Of a stretch of 64,000 bases of DNA, positions 1-9,499 are shown one piece after another. The position numbers were made by a program, and so were the translations under genes. Below the pieces are notes generated by a model that saw only the letters and a program-made list of their open reading frames with translations, made no database searches and was not told the DNA's origin. Position 1 is the stretch's first letter. The number at the start of each line of letters is the position of its first letter. Source of the DNA: a virus (Duplodnaviria; Heunggongvirae; Uroviricota; Caudoviricetes); IMG/VR virus record IMGVR_UViG_648028025_000005, one strand, 5' to 3'.

Positions 1-651
1 TTACCAGTCAATCCAGAGTGGACCGTGTTCAGCGTAAATATAACTGTACACATCCAGATTATATTTGTGGTCTGTTAAGAACAGGCCGCAAATACATGCC
101 GAAGCTTCCAGTGCAGCGGCTCTGTTACTGAATAACCATGTAGCAACATTCCAGCGTTTTTCTGCATCCCAGTCTTTCTCAAGGCCTGATACCATGAAGA
201 AACCGTTAGTGTTGCCATCAAATAATTCTGTTTCCAAATTTTTAAGCAATGCCTGATGGACTCTTGCCAGGTATTCCGCCGGAATTTCGCCACGAATTCT
301 AATGAGATTGTCATAAACAAACATGTTCCCCGCATATGGCGATTTTTCTTTCTTGTTTTTTAAACCAGCATCATGAGCAAACTGATCAATTTCTTCTTCC
401 GTTGGTTTCGTATTGATGTTTTGCGCTGTCGTTTCTGCAATTTTATTTGCCATACTCTCTGAGTCGTGTTTATTTATAGACGCACAGAAATACAATCCGG
501 TAAACGCATCGCGCACATTACGAGCCATATTATCAGTGTCTTTTTTCGTTACCGATTCCAATTCAAGTTCGTTCAGACGATGACGAAGTGTGTGTGCTGC
601 AATCTCCTGGATTGAAGGAGGTAAATCTTTAAATTCCATCGTCAACCTCAT
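1..651 (-). CDS. hypothetical protein; distal gene of the leftward (pL-side) early operon of prophage A
   Basis: 216-aa ORF from track; stop TAA at 1-3; ATG at 649-651 overlaps the stop of an upstream 50-aa ORF (TGATG); no family motif recognised by eye. Confidence 0.5.
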   Translation of the reverse strand: MRLTMEFKDLPPSIQEIAAHTLRHRLNELELESVTKKDTDNMARNVRDAFTGLYFCASINKHDSESMANKIAETTAQNINTKPTEEEIDQFAHDAGLKNKKEKSPYAGNMFVYDNLIRIRGEIPAEYLARVHQALLKNLETELFDGNTNGFFMVSGLEKDWDAEKRWNVATWLFSNRAAALEASACICGLFLTDHKYNLDVYSYIYAEHGPLWIDW

Positions 652-803
652 CAGTCAGTGTTTCTGGCTAACCAGCGACGCGCGCCAGCTTCAGTTTTAA
701 ACGTTTTGCTTTTGGTATACGTCATCGCGGTGAACGTACCGTCCTGGTTGGGAAACACGCCGCATACCAGAGATTCGTTGTTGCCAAGATTGAGCGTATC
801 CAT
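651..803 (-). CDS. small hypothetical protein (50 aa), translationally coupled to the 216-aa ORF
   Basis: ATG at 801-803 preceded by GAGG; stop overlaps next start; below six-frame track length cutoff; first ORF after the conserved leader element. Confidence 0.3.
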   Translation of the reverse strand: MDTLNLGNNESLVCGVFPNQDGTFTAMTYTKSKTFKTEAGARRWLARNTD

Positions 804-816
804 GTTGACCTCATTC

Positions 817-971
817 CCCCTTAACGCCGGGTCGCGGAACTAAAAACCTGCTGCGCTGTTATACAAAGTGTTCCCGCCGTCATGTTCATACGCCTCGGGC
901 TGGCTACTTAACCCCTGACCACTGCTTGGTAACTCGAAGTATTGCCCGGCGTTCTGTGGGGCGGGGTGGGT
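817..971. promoter_or_regulatory. conserved ~155-bp leader-like element just outside O_L (copy A)
   Basis: near-identical copy at 49659-49813 in prophage B; in both prophages it lies between the O_L palindrome and the first leftward gene. Confidence 0.4.
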
Positions 972-995
972 GGTTGGTGTATGTAATCTACAAGT

Positions 996-1022
996 AAAAA
1001 CTGTTTTGTGTCAACAGTTTTT
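996..1022. promoter_or_regulatory. O_L-type palindromic operator (AAAAACTGTT-N7-AACAGTTTTT)
   Basis: perfect inverted repeat read from sequence; same half-sites recur in the repressor/cro intergenic region at 2029-2057. Confidence 0.45.
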
Positions 1023-1079
1023 AATTGTTGTTTTGGGCAAAAAAATCCCTCGAAAGAGGGAGTATGAAAATTGTTCAAC

Positions 1080-1367
1080 TCAGATAGAGAAGGGAAATTG
1101 TCGCCGAGAATGTGTCACGCTTACAATCTCAATGCTTGAAGCAGCTACTCTGTACAGGATTATGTAGTTAGGGTGGGTCACGATCTCTCTCAATCCAGAA
1201 ACCCGTTCGCTTGGTGGATATAAGTACGGATGCTCAGATAGAGGTAATACCGATGTTTCAATGCGTATTTTTAGTCTACGTGCTGCCGGTGGGTTCTCCT
1301 TGGCGATGTAAGTTATGATCTGGCGCAAATCATCGCGAGCAGACGGTAGCCATAAAATGGGTAACAT
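1080..1367 (-). CDS. parE: type II toxin, ParE/RelE superfamily (ParE of a three-component paaR-paaA-parE module)
   Basis: 95 aa; ParE-like C-terminal pattern LREIVTHPNYIILYRV...HSRRQFP; start overlaps stop of upstream antitoxin ORF; operon position. Confidence 0.85.
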   Translation of the reverse strand: MLPILWLPSARDDLRQIITYIAKENPPAARRLKIRIETSVLPLSEHPYLYPPSERVSGLREIVTHPNYIILYRVAASSIEIVSVTHSRRQFPFSI

Positions 1368-1558
1368 TACTCGCTCTTGTTAGTTACAGCAATTTGAGCA
1401 ATAAGATTTTCCATTTCAGCCATTACCTCGTCATGTGGAATTGCGGGGCGAGTGTCTGCAAGGCTTGACGTTACTTTAGTGCGCAACCATTCGTTGTAAC
1501 TGTTTTCTTGTTCGGTAGTTTCGAATTCTGAAACTATCGGAGAAAGGGCTGTACCCAT
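1367..1558 (-). CDS. paaA: PaaA-family antitoxin (63 aa)
   Basis: 63-aa ORF immediately upstream of and overlapping parE; N-terminal SEFETTEQENSYNEWLR segment typical of PaaA-type antitoxins (recalled, not searched). Confidence 0.75.
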   Translation of the reverse strand: MGTALSPIVSEFETTEQENSYNEWLRTKVTSSLADTRPAIPHDEVMAEMENLIAQIAVTNKSE

Positions 1559-1585
1559 GGCATAACTCCTCTTCTTGTACTGTGG

Positions 1586-1987
1586 TCACGCCCGGCGGCT
1601 TTTTTGTGCCGCCAGCCACCTAGCAATGGTTTCTTCCATTGATTTTTTCTTGTCTTTGATTTCTTGAAGCATTTTTTCTTGGTCTTCCTCAGGAAACGCA
1701 CTAAAAGCTTGGAGCAGTTCGCGTTGGCGAGGACCAATTTTCATCGTGTCAGGGGTGAAAATTTGCTCACACTCTTCAGGAGGCAATAAAAACCAATGCA
1801 ATGGATGCCCTGAAACCTCAACCAGTTTATCCAAACTTGAGGCTTTAGGTGTAGCCTTACCGCTGACCCATTGTTGAACAGTTTGTTGTGTCACACCAAT
1901 TCTACGGGCAAGCTCAGCCTGGCTCCATCCAGTTTCCTGAAGAAGCTTGCTGATTCTGTACATAGATACTTCTAGGGCGCTCATCAT
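1586..1987 (-). CDS. paaR: HTH XRE-family repressor (PaaR/RacR-like); immunity repressor of prophage A
   Basis: 133 aa; helix-turn-helix QAELARRIGVTQQTVQQW; divergent from Cro-like gene across an operator-bearing intergenic region; first gene of repressor-antitoxin-toxin operon. Confidence 0.8.
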   Translation of the reverse strand: MMSALEVSMYRISKLLQETGWSQAELARRIGVTQQTVQQWVSGKATPKASSLDKLVEVSGHPLHWFLLPPEECEQIFTPDTMKIGPRQRELLQAFSAFPEEDQEKMLQEIKDKKKSMEETIARWLAAQKSRRA

Positions 1988-2095
1988 TATTCAATTTTAC
2001 AGGTAAATACTGTTAAAAGCATCACAATAAAAAACTGTTGATTGCATACAGTTTTTTATTGTAGGCTTTGCTTATAGTTTTTAGAGGAGGGCAAA
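1988..2095. promoter_or_regulatory. divergent repressor/cro promoter-operator region (O_R-like), prophage A
   Basis: palindrome AAAAAACTGT-N9-ACAGTTTTTT at 2029-2057 plus an extra ACTGTT half-site upstream; lies between divergent repressor and cro-like genes. Confidence 0.5.
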
Positions 2096-2368
2096 ATGCT
2101 AGATAGCACTCGCGAAAAAATTAGGCAGAAATACACTCAGGCTGAAATAGGTCGTTATATGGGGGTCGCTCAACAGACTGTTTGGCAATGGTTTAGCTTT
2201 GGCGTTCCCCCAAAGCAGGTAATTCCGTTATGCCAACTAATGAAGTGGGAAGTTACCCCGCATGAAATCCGCCCAGATATTTATCCTAACCCAACCGACG
2301 GTTTACCTGTTGGATGTAAGGTTAACACATCAAATGCGCCGGAGTTGATTCATGAAAATCAAGCATGA
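2096..2368 (+). CDS. ydaS: Cro/YdaS-like HTH protein
   Basis: 90 aa; HTH segment QAEIGRYMGVAQQTVWQW; cro position; homolog in prophage B at 51151-51411. Confidence 0.7.
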   Translation: MLDSTREKIRQKYTQAEIGRYMGVAQQTVWQWFSFGVPPKQVIPLCQLMKWEVTPHEIRPDIYPNPTDGLPVGCKVNTSNAPELIHENQA

Positions 2369-2777
2369 ACACATCCGCATGGCGATGAATGCCTGGGCGC
2401 ATCCGGACGGCGAAAAAGTACCGGCTGCGAAAATTACCAAAGCGTATTTCGAGCTGGGAATGACGTTCCCGGAACTGTATGACGACAGCCATCCGGAAGC
2501 CATGGCTCGCAATACTCAGAAAATTTTCCGCTGGGTGGAGAAAGACACTCCTGATGCGGTTAAAAAAATTCAGGCGTTGTTACCAGCGATCGAAAAAGCG
2601 ATGCCGCCTCCGCTGGTGGCCCGAATGCGCAGCCACAGTTCCGCTTATTTTCGGGAGTTGGTAGAGACGAAGGAACGGCTGGTGAAAGATATTGATGATT
2701 TCGTTGCATCAGCGATCGTTCTGTTCGATCAGATGAATCGTGGTGGCCCGGCAGGAAACACTCTGGCTGTGCATTAA
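2352..2777 (+). CDS. ydaT: YdaT-like protein (CII position)
   Basis: 141 aa starting MKIKHEHI; overlaps ydaS-like stop; C-terminal half conserved with prophage B copy (51408-51845). Confidence 0.7.
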   Translation: MKIKHEHIRMAMNAWAHPDGEKVPAAKITKAYFELGMTFPELYDDSHPEAMARNTQKIFRWVEKDTPDAVKKIQALLPAIEKAMPPPLVARMRSHSSAYFRELVETKERLVKDIDDFVASAIVLFDQMNRGGPAGNTLAVH

Positions 2778-2790
2778 TTGGGTAATAAAT

Positions 2791-3300
2791 ATGAGTAATG
2801 ACAAAAAATTGACACTGAGCGTTTACGAAAACAGTCCGCACATCTGGCGTGGCGGTTTATCTGATGTGGAGCTGGCAGAGTGGTTGATACATAAAGCTAA
2901 TGCGCTGCTCTGGCGTTTGTCAGCCAGAGAACAGCGCAAGGAAACCAGAATAAAGCTGGCTGATGCAGAAGCGTGTGCCGGGCTTATTGAGGATTATACA
3001 AATCTTGGTATTTCTTCAGCAGAGAGTGATCCCATTCAGCCTCTGAGCAGGGAGTCAATCCAGCACGCTGGTTGTATGGCACATCTTGTAACTGCTCGTC
3101 AACATGAGGTGGGTATTGGATCACTTCCGGTGGGATATTCGCTGATTCCAGAGCTGGTTGAAGCAAGAAAATCAGTTCAGAAAAAGAGAGATGACGCACT
3201 TCAATTATTGAGAGAGCACTATGGCGCGATACCAGAATGCGAACAGCATCGATACCCTGAAGGTTATGAATGGATGCAGTCTCTTTTTGAAGTTCGCTAA
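2791..3300 (+). CDS. hypothetical early protein
   Basis: ORF track 2740-3300; likely ATG at 2791 (MSNDKK) after ydaT-like stop. Confidence 0.45.
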   Translation: MSNDKKLTLSVYENSPHIWRGGLSDVELAEWLIHKANALLWRLSAREQRKETRIKLADAEACAGLIEDYTNLGISSAESDPIQPLSRESIQHAGCMAHLVTARQHEVGIGSLPVGYSLIPELVEARKSVQKKRDDALQLLREHYGAIPECEQHRYPEGYEWMQSLFEVR

Positions 3301-3406
3301 TCAATATGTCGAGACGAAGGTATGTTTCGGCGCGCAGCCAGGCTCTGTAATCCGGGAGCATTTCGGGGCTGTTACACCAGCGGTTTGTTGCTGCAACATT
3401 TAATAC

Positions 3407-4633
3407 ATGAGCCTGATAAAGGCTTTTCAAAAAATACATGTCGAACCTCCTCTGGTTCTGTCGATTGGGAACCACAGATTATATCCGGAGGAAGGTTCGG
3501 CACCAGATGAGGTAGCCATGCGTGATTACGCAAAAGTTTCTCCGCGATTCTGGCTGGGAGAAACGGGGAGAGAACTTAGAAAGGCGGGTGCAGAAGCGCA
3601 AGTTGTTGCTTTTTACCTGATGACATCCCCTCACGCAAATATGCTGGGTTTGTATTACCTGCCAGTTTTATACCTTGCTCATGAAACCGGGCTTGGTCTG
3701 GAAGGGGCTTCAAAGGGGCTTAAAAGGGCTGTTGAAGCTGGTTTTTGTAGCTATGACCATGATGCAGAGATGGTCTGGGTCCATGAAATGGCAGCCTGGC
3801 AGGTTGGGGAAACGTTGAAGCCTGGCGATAACCGTTGTGCAGGTGTCAGGAATGAGTATGCATCATTACCTGAAAACGCTTTTCTGTCAGTGTTTTACGA
3901 CAGATATAAAACGGATTTCCATCTGGATGTGAGGCGGAATAATAGCCGAAATTCGGTAAGGGGCTTCGAAGGGGCTTTTAAGGGGCTTCGAAGCCAAGAA
4001 CAGGAACAGGAGCAGGAGAAAGAACAGGAACAGGACAAAAACACTATGGTTCATGGCAAAAAAAACACCACGAACCAGGCAGGGGATGTTCAGACCGTCA
4101 ATCCTGGTCAGCCAGCAGGCACGACACCGGAAGCCGATTCAGCGTATGCGCTGAAAGCCGATTCGGGCGCTGTGCAGCAGGTGATGACCGCAAGGCCGAA
4201 GCAATCACACCAACTGCAGCAGCCTGAAGCCGATTCCGCCATTCAGCGGGAAGCCGATCGGGTAGTCCCGGAAAACACCGGGCTGTCTGTGGGACGAGTG
4301 GATTATCCGGATGTGTTCGAACAGGTCTGGCGGGAGTACCCGTTGCGTGCCGGAGCAAACCCGAAGAAATCCGCATTCAGTGCCTGGAAGGCCAGATTGC
4401 GCGAGGGGGTGCCACCAGAGACCATGCTGGATGGTGTGAGGCGTTACGCGAGATACCTGGCGGCGACCGGGAAAGCGGGAACGGAATTTGTTCAGCGAGC
4501 GACGACGTTTTTTGGGCCGGACCGGAATTTTGAAAACCCCTGGTTGCTCCCGGTAAGCGGCACGAACAACCAGCGTTGTGTGAATCATATTTCTGAACCG
4601 GATACCGAAATTCCGCCGGGATTCAGGGGGTGA
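3407..4633 (+). CDS. phage replication initiation protein (O position); start uncertain
   Basis: 408-aa ORF upstream of DnaC-like loader; internal acidic EQEQEQEKEQEQ linker; alternative start ATG 3518. Confidence 0.55.
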   Translation: MSLIKAFQKIHVEPPLVLSIGNHRLYPEEGSAPDEVAMRDYAKVSPRFWLGETGRELRKAGAEAQVVAFYLMTSPHANMLGLYYLPVLYLAHETGLGLEGASKGLKRAVEAGFCSYDHDAEMVWVHEMAAWQVGETLKPGDNRCAGVRNEYASLPENAFLSVFYDRYKTDFHLDVRRNNSRNSVRGFEGAFKGLRSQEQEQEQEKEQEQDKNTMVHGKKNTTNQAGDVQTVNPGQPAGTTPEADSAYALKADSGAVQQVMTARPKQSHQLQQPEADSAIQREADRVVPENTGLSVGRVDYPDVFEQVWREYPLRAGANPKKSAFSAWKARLREGVPPETMLDGVRRYARYLAATGKAGTEFVQRATTFFGPDRNFENPWLLPVSGTNNQRCVNHISEPDTEIPPGFRG

Positions 4634-4639
4634 TGTGGC

Positions 4640-5386
4640 ATGAAAAACATTGCGGCAGCCGGGGTTCTTGAACGTATTCGCAGACTTGCACCACCGGCGT
4701 CGGTTCCACCGTACCGGACGGTGGAGGAGTGGCGGGAATGGCAACTTGCTGAAGGACGAAAACGCAGCGAGGAGATTAACCGCCAGAATCACCAGTTGCG
4801 GGTGGAAAAAATCCTGAATCGTTCGGGCATCCAGCCTCTGCACAGCAAATGCTCGTTTGCGAATTATCAGGTGCAGAACGACGGGCAAAAATACGCGCTG
4901 AGCCAGGCCAAATCCATAGCTGACGAACTGATGACCGGGTGCACGAATTTTGTGTTCAGCGGTAAAACCGGCACCGGGAAAAATCACCTTGCAGCGGCGA
5001 TGGGTAACCGGCTGATGGCGAAGGGGCGCAGCGTGATTATCGTCACCGTGTCTGATGTCATGAGCGTGTTGCATGACAGCTACGACAACGGCAAATCCGG
5101 GGAAAAATTTTTACAGGAGCTTTGCAGTGTTGATTTGCTGGTCCTGGATGAAATAGGCGTTCAGCGGGAGACGAAAAACGAGCAGGTGGTATTACACCAG
5201 ATAATTGATCGCCGGACAGCATCACTGTGCAGTGTCGGGATGTTAACAAACCTGAATCATGCCGCAATGAGTACGCTTCTTGGTGAGAGGATTATGGACC
5301 GCATGACCATGAACGGTGGTCGATGGGTGACGTTTAACTGGGATAGCTGGCGTCCAAATGTCAGCAATATGAGGGTTGTGAAGTAA
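4640..5386 (+). CDS. DnaC/IstB-like AAA+ helicase loader
   Basis: Walker A GKTGTGKNHL and Walker B LLVLDEIG motifs; 248 aa; P position. Confidence 0.85.
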   Translation: MKNIAAAGVLERIRRLAPPASVPPYRTVEEWREWQLAEGRKRSEEINRQNHQLRVEKILNRSGIQPLHSKCSFANYQVQNDGQKYALSQAKSIADELMTGCTNFVFSGKTGTGKNHLAAAMGNRLMAKGRSVIIVTVSDVMSVLHDSYDNGKSGEKFLQELCSVDLLVLDEIGVQRETKNEQVVLHQIIDRRTASLCSVGMLTNLNHAAMSTLLGERIMDRMTMNGGRWVTFNWDSWRPNVSNMRVVK

Positions 5387-5407
5387 TTTTGTCCGGAGGA
5401 AATTTTA

Positions 5408-6178
5408 ATGGAAACCGTATCTGACGCACTGAAAGCACTGAAAAAAGCCTCTTCACATGTGGTGGCAGCTCGCCTTGGAATCAGTCGTGAAGAGGCTGTC
5501 AACGAGCTGTGGGAACTCAAAAGAAATGGCGTCGTTGATAAAACTGGTCACACCTGGTTTCTGGCTGGCGAAGGTGAATCCCGGGTAACCGAAGAGCGGC
5601 CAGTAAAATCTGAAGCACAGGATATGCTGACCGGGGAGGTCGAACAAAAAGTTACCGCAGACATGATGATTGAGTTTATCGGTCAGGATGGGGCTAAAAC
5701 GTGTGAGGAACTGGCGGGTAAGTTCGGTGTCAGTACTCGCAAGGTTGCTTCCACGCTGGCGGTGGTAACCGCAACGGGGCGGCTGGCACGCGTTAATCAG
5801 AACGGTAAATTTCGTTACTGCATGCCGGGCGATAATTTACCAGCAGAGCCGAAAGCCGCGCTGGTAACGGAAAGTGATGGTAAGGCCTTTCCTCAGCCAG
5901 CAGGTGCTGCGTTACCAGTCCGGGAAGCCGCAACACAGGAAGAAATTAAAACAGAAACTGTGGCGGACATTGTGCAGCCGTTGCCATCGTTTACCGAAAC
6001 GCAAGCAGATGAGCTGATTTTTCCGTCCCTTCGCAGGGCAAACCTGGCGCTGCGCAGGGCGAAAAGTGATGTTCAGAAGTGGGAGCGAGTCTGCGCCGCG
6101 CTGCGGGAGCTGAACAAGCACCGGGATATTGTTCGACAGATTACTGATTCTTCCCGCCGTGTTGTATCGGAAAAGTGA
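5408..6178 (+). CDS. conserved lambdoid nin-region protein (hypothetical)
   Basis: 256 aa; paralog in prophage B at 53412-54155 with near-identical N- and C-termini. Confidence 0.55.
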   Translation: METVSDALKALKKASSHVVAARLGISREEAVNELWELKRNGVVDKTGHTWFLAGEGESRVTEERPVKSEAQDMLTGEVEQKVTADMMIEFIGQDGAKTCEELAGKFGVSTRKVASTLAVVTATGRLARVNQNGKFRYCMPGDNLPAEPKAALVTESDGKAFPQPAGAALPVREAATQEEIKTETVADIVQPLPSFTETQADELIFPSLRRANLALRRAKSDVQKWERVCAALRELNKHRDIVRQITDSSRRVVSEK

Positions 6179-6193
6179 TTGCCGGAGGCGCTT

Positions 6194-6607
6194 ATGGCAA
6201 AAGTATTTACACAGGAAGAGCGGGAAAAAATTAAAGGGCAGGTTGTTGAGCTAGTACGCCGGAGTGGGCGCGAGACGTTACGGCAACTGGAAGCCAAGAC
6301 AGGTGCGACAAGATATCTGATGAGCGTTCTTGCCAGAGAGCTGGTTGCCAGTGGCGATGTATACAACTCTGGTTACGGGTTATTCCCATCTGAACAGGCT
6401 CGTAAGGACTGGCAAAACGCCCGCAAAAAACTATCGAGGGCAAAACTGAAGAAACCGGTTGTGGTTGATCCTGACCTTATCTGGTCATTACCAGACGGAG
6501 AAATACGCCGCTATGACAGGCAATTGAACATAATTTGTAGTGAGTGCCGTAACAGTGAAGTGATGCAGCGAGTTTTGATATTTTACACAGGAGTAATGAT
6601 GGAATAG
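6194..6607 (+). CDS. hypothetical protein
   Basis: ATG 6194 (MAKVFTQEE) with GGAGG upstream; paralog in B at 54171-54563. Confidence 0.5.
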   Translation: MAKVFTQEEREKIKGQVVELVRRSGRETLRQLEAKTGATRYLMSVLARELVASGDVYNSGYGLFPSEQARKDWQNARKKLSRAKLKKPVVVDPDLIWSLPDGEIRRYDRQLNIICSECRNSEVMQRVLIFYTGVMME

Positions 6608-7197
6608 TGAAAATAACATGAAACCTTTGGATTCTGGTGTTTCAGTGGATGGGAAAAGAGCAGATACATAGAAAATGAATAGCAATAATTCACAGTCTGG
6701 ATGTTGTTTGTATGCTTATAAAATGATCCTAGTATGCATTGCCGGAGTTGAATCAGCTCCAATGAAGAAACTGAGAGGAGTATTTAGAAGATAGCTAAAT
6801 GGATGTAATTATTAGTATCTAAAAAATAGTATTTTTGAAATGGGTCTAAGAACACAACAATGTACAAATGAGAAGTTATCTTTTAATATGTTCAAAGACC
6901 CATTAGGATTGATATCAGTTATGTTAGCTAGATTGATAAAGTGATTACATATTTTCTGTTATATGCTGAAATGAATAATGCTATTCCAGAGTGCAGCAGA
7001 GAAAGTCTCCTGATGATTGAGCTCTGGAAATTGTACAATAGAAAAATTACTGTATTTTTCTGTCAAAATATTTCTCAAAACAGATTCCGCTTTGATGGCT
7101 TCAGGATATAAAGATGCGGAGTAATCAAGGCTAAGATTTCCGTTAAGCAAGCATATTGAACCGCCCCGGGTTCCTGGAGAGTGTTTTATCTGTGAAC

Positions 7198-8088
7198 TCA
7201 GGCTGCCAGATCATCGTTTCCGATGGAAGCATAATAAGCTTTTTCTGCTTCTGCCGGAGGAGTATGGCCCAGCCTTCCCAGCAATCGTCGATTGTTATAC
7301 CAGTCCACCCACGTTAGTGTGGCCAGTTCCACTTCTGCACGGTTTTTCCAGCTCTTACGGTGTATTACCTCCGCTTTGTAAAGACCATTGATGCTCTCAG
7401 CCATCGCGTTGTCATACGAGTCGCCTGTACTCCCTGTTGATGCCAGTAATCCGGCTTCTTTTAGTCGCTCCGTATAGGCCAGTGACACATACTGAGAGCC
7501 TTTATCGCTGTGATGGATGGTGCCAGACGGACGACGGGCCCACAACGCCTGCTCCAGCGCATCCAGCACGAATGTCGTTTCCATAGACGATGAGACCCGC
7601 CACCCCACGATGTATCCGGCAAACACATCAATGATAAACGCCACATAGACGAAGCCCTGCCATGTGCTGACGTAAGTAAAATCAGCCACCCACAGCTGGT
7701 CAGGTCGTTCTGCCACGAACTGACGGTTTACGCGGTCGCCTGCGGCAACGGCTTTCCGGCTGATGGTCGTACGGACCTTTTTACCCCGGAGAACACCGGC
7801 AAGTCCCATAACCGCCATGAGACGTGCCACTGTACATCTGGCCACCCTGATTCCTTCCCGTAACAACTGACGCCAGACTTTACGCACACCGTACACCTGA
7901 TGATTTTCATCGTATACGCGCTGTATCTCTCTCTTCAGCCAGTCGTCGTGCTGCGCACGGGCACTGCGTTTATCCGGATGATGTCGCTGTTGCTGACAAT
8001 GGTAATACGTTGACGGGGCAATATGCAGTTCGCTGCATACCGGTCCGACCCCGTACTGCTCACGCAGCTTATCCAGCAGTGGCATCAT
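7198..8088 (-). CDS. IS629 transposase OrfB (DDE catalytic domain)
   Basis: 296 aa, recognised IS3-family OrfB sequence ([16 protein letters not shown]...). Confidence 0.9.
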   Translation of the reverse strand: MMPLLDKLREQYGVGPVCSELHIAPSTYYHCQQQRHHPDKRSARAQHDDWLKREIQRVYDENHQVYGVRKVWRQLLREGIRVARCTVARLMAVMGLAGVLRGKKVRTTISRKAVAAGDRVNRQFVAERPDQLWVADFTYVSTWQGFVYVAFIIDVFAGYIVGWRVSSSMETTFVLDALEQALWARRPSGTIHHSDKGSQYVSLAYTERLKEAGLLASTGSTGDSYDNAMAESINGLYKAEVIHRKSWKNRAEVELATLTWVDWYNNRRLLGRLGHTPPAEAEKAYYASIGNDDLAA

Positions 8089-8411
8089 TTTTTCCAGAGG
8101 CGGTCGAACTCCGCCTTCGCAAAATAAGCGGAAGCCTGGCGAAGGATATCGTTACTGCGGCGCAGTTCACGATTTTCACGTTCCAGCTCTTTCAGACGCT
8201 GACGTTCAGCGCTGGTGAGCCCACCATCACCGCCCCCGGTATCCCGCTCATGCTGGCGAACCCAGACACGCAGGGTCTCCGGCGTACAGCCAATCTTTGG
8301 GGCAATGGAACAAATTGCCGCCCACTGTGAGTCATATTCATCCTGACTTTCCAGAACCATACGAATCGCCCGCTGACGGACTTCGGGGGAAAAACGAGTA
8401 TTTTTAGTCAT
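8085..8411 (-). CDS. IS629 transposase OrfA
   Basis: 108 aa HTH protein [19 protein letters not shown]...; overlaps orfB start at A-rich run (GGAAAAAATGATG). Confidence 0.9.
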   Translation of the reverse strand: MTKNTRFSPEVRQRAIRMVLESQDEYDSQWAAICSIAPKIGCTPETLRVWVRQHERDTGGGDGGLTSAERQRLKELERENRELRRSNDILRQASAYFAKAEFDRLWKK

Positions 8412-9499
8412 CCTGTTTACCTCTTTCTCAGGGAGTTTAGTCTCCAGGATTTCCGGGGCGGTTCATATACTTTTAGTGTGCTTTGATTCTGATATATCAT
8501 CTTTAATTATCTTGATGATTCTTTCATTCTGCCATAGAAGTGATGGTGCAGATATATAATAATAGTTAAAGCATGAATTATTTTTTAAGCAATCAAGCAC
8601 AAAAATAGCACCTAGCGAGTGCCCCCATATACCGATTCTGGAACTGTTCGGAGCAATAGTACTAACCCATGGCATGATCTGAGTTAGTAATAATTCTCGG
8701 AAAGACTGGCTTCCTCCACCAGTAAAGTAGATCCATGCTGGTTTAGAGTTATCAACAATAGCATTTTCACCATCAGGAGTATAATCGTAAGCACGGCGAT
8801 GAATGCTAAGGTTATTCCAAGATTCATAACCAAGTGTAACTAACACTGGTGGATTGGGTAGTGCATCAATAACAGGCAGAATATCAGAAATGTAATTGTT
8901 GGCACTATTCCCATCAAGTATATAAAGAGTTGCATTATTTTTTTTAATGTTTTTTGGAGTAAAAATACATATTTTATATTTGGTGTCATGGTTAATTGAG
9001 TTAAATATGCGTGTTTGACAATGAATGTCCATATGTTTAGTCATGCGTTCTCCCCATGAGCATTAAAGGATGCTTAAGATATGCTATGTCACTGATAAAA
9101 AATTTGTTGTGTGTGTTTAGTTATTTTATCTACCTCCATTATGATTTAAGACTGATATATGTTATCAGCAAAGGTACATCGTTATTATTTTACCTGTCAA
9201 TACATTTGATATTGATTATCGTTTACATCGCTTGCTTAGGAAATTGAAGGCAGGTAACTATCATGTCAATGAACTAACCCACAGTCTAACGTACTTCTTT
9301 CCCCAATCACCAACAACCAAATTCCTGTTATCACCACTGGGATTTTGGCGCAACTTCATGGTGCAGAGGTAAATAGCATCAAGCAAAATCTCTTTTTCCG
9401 TTGTTGTCCTTATGGGACGTCTGTCTTTCTGACCGATTTCATATTGGCGAGGTAATGGGAAGTTAAGTAGAATAGCTGCGGGTGCTTGAGGCTATCTGC

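Larger units (their letters stand above)
7157..8465. mobile_element. IS629 (IS3 family) insertion sequence, 1309 bp
   Basis: terminal inverted repeats TGAACCGCCCCGG at both ends; 3-bp direct repeat TAT at 7154-7156 and 8466-8468; orfA/orfB organisation. Confidence 0.9.
6959..9044 (-). pseudogene. alpha/beta-hydrolase (esterase-type) moron gene split by IS629
   Basis: N-terminal part 8466-9044 (GxSxG nucleophile elbow GIWGHSLGA) ends in a stop supplied by the IS terminus; removing 7157-8468 rejoins it in frame to 6959-7156, giving a 257-aa ORF; AT-rich. Confidence 0.6.

Noticed and set aside
976-1080. An N-like antiterminator gene immediately downstream of pL in either prophage
   Set aside because: No small Arg-rich ORF of the N type is present after O_L in A or B; the first leftward ORFs are a 50-aa acidic/neutral protein (A) and unrelated small ORFs (B).
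658-1167. Plus-strand ORFs 658-843 and 970-1167 from the track
   Set aside because: They overlap the conserved leader/operator region and the minus-strand small ORF and parE; they have no ribosome-binding site or family support and sit where the operon logic predicts minus-strand genes and regulatory DNA.
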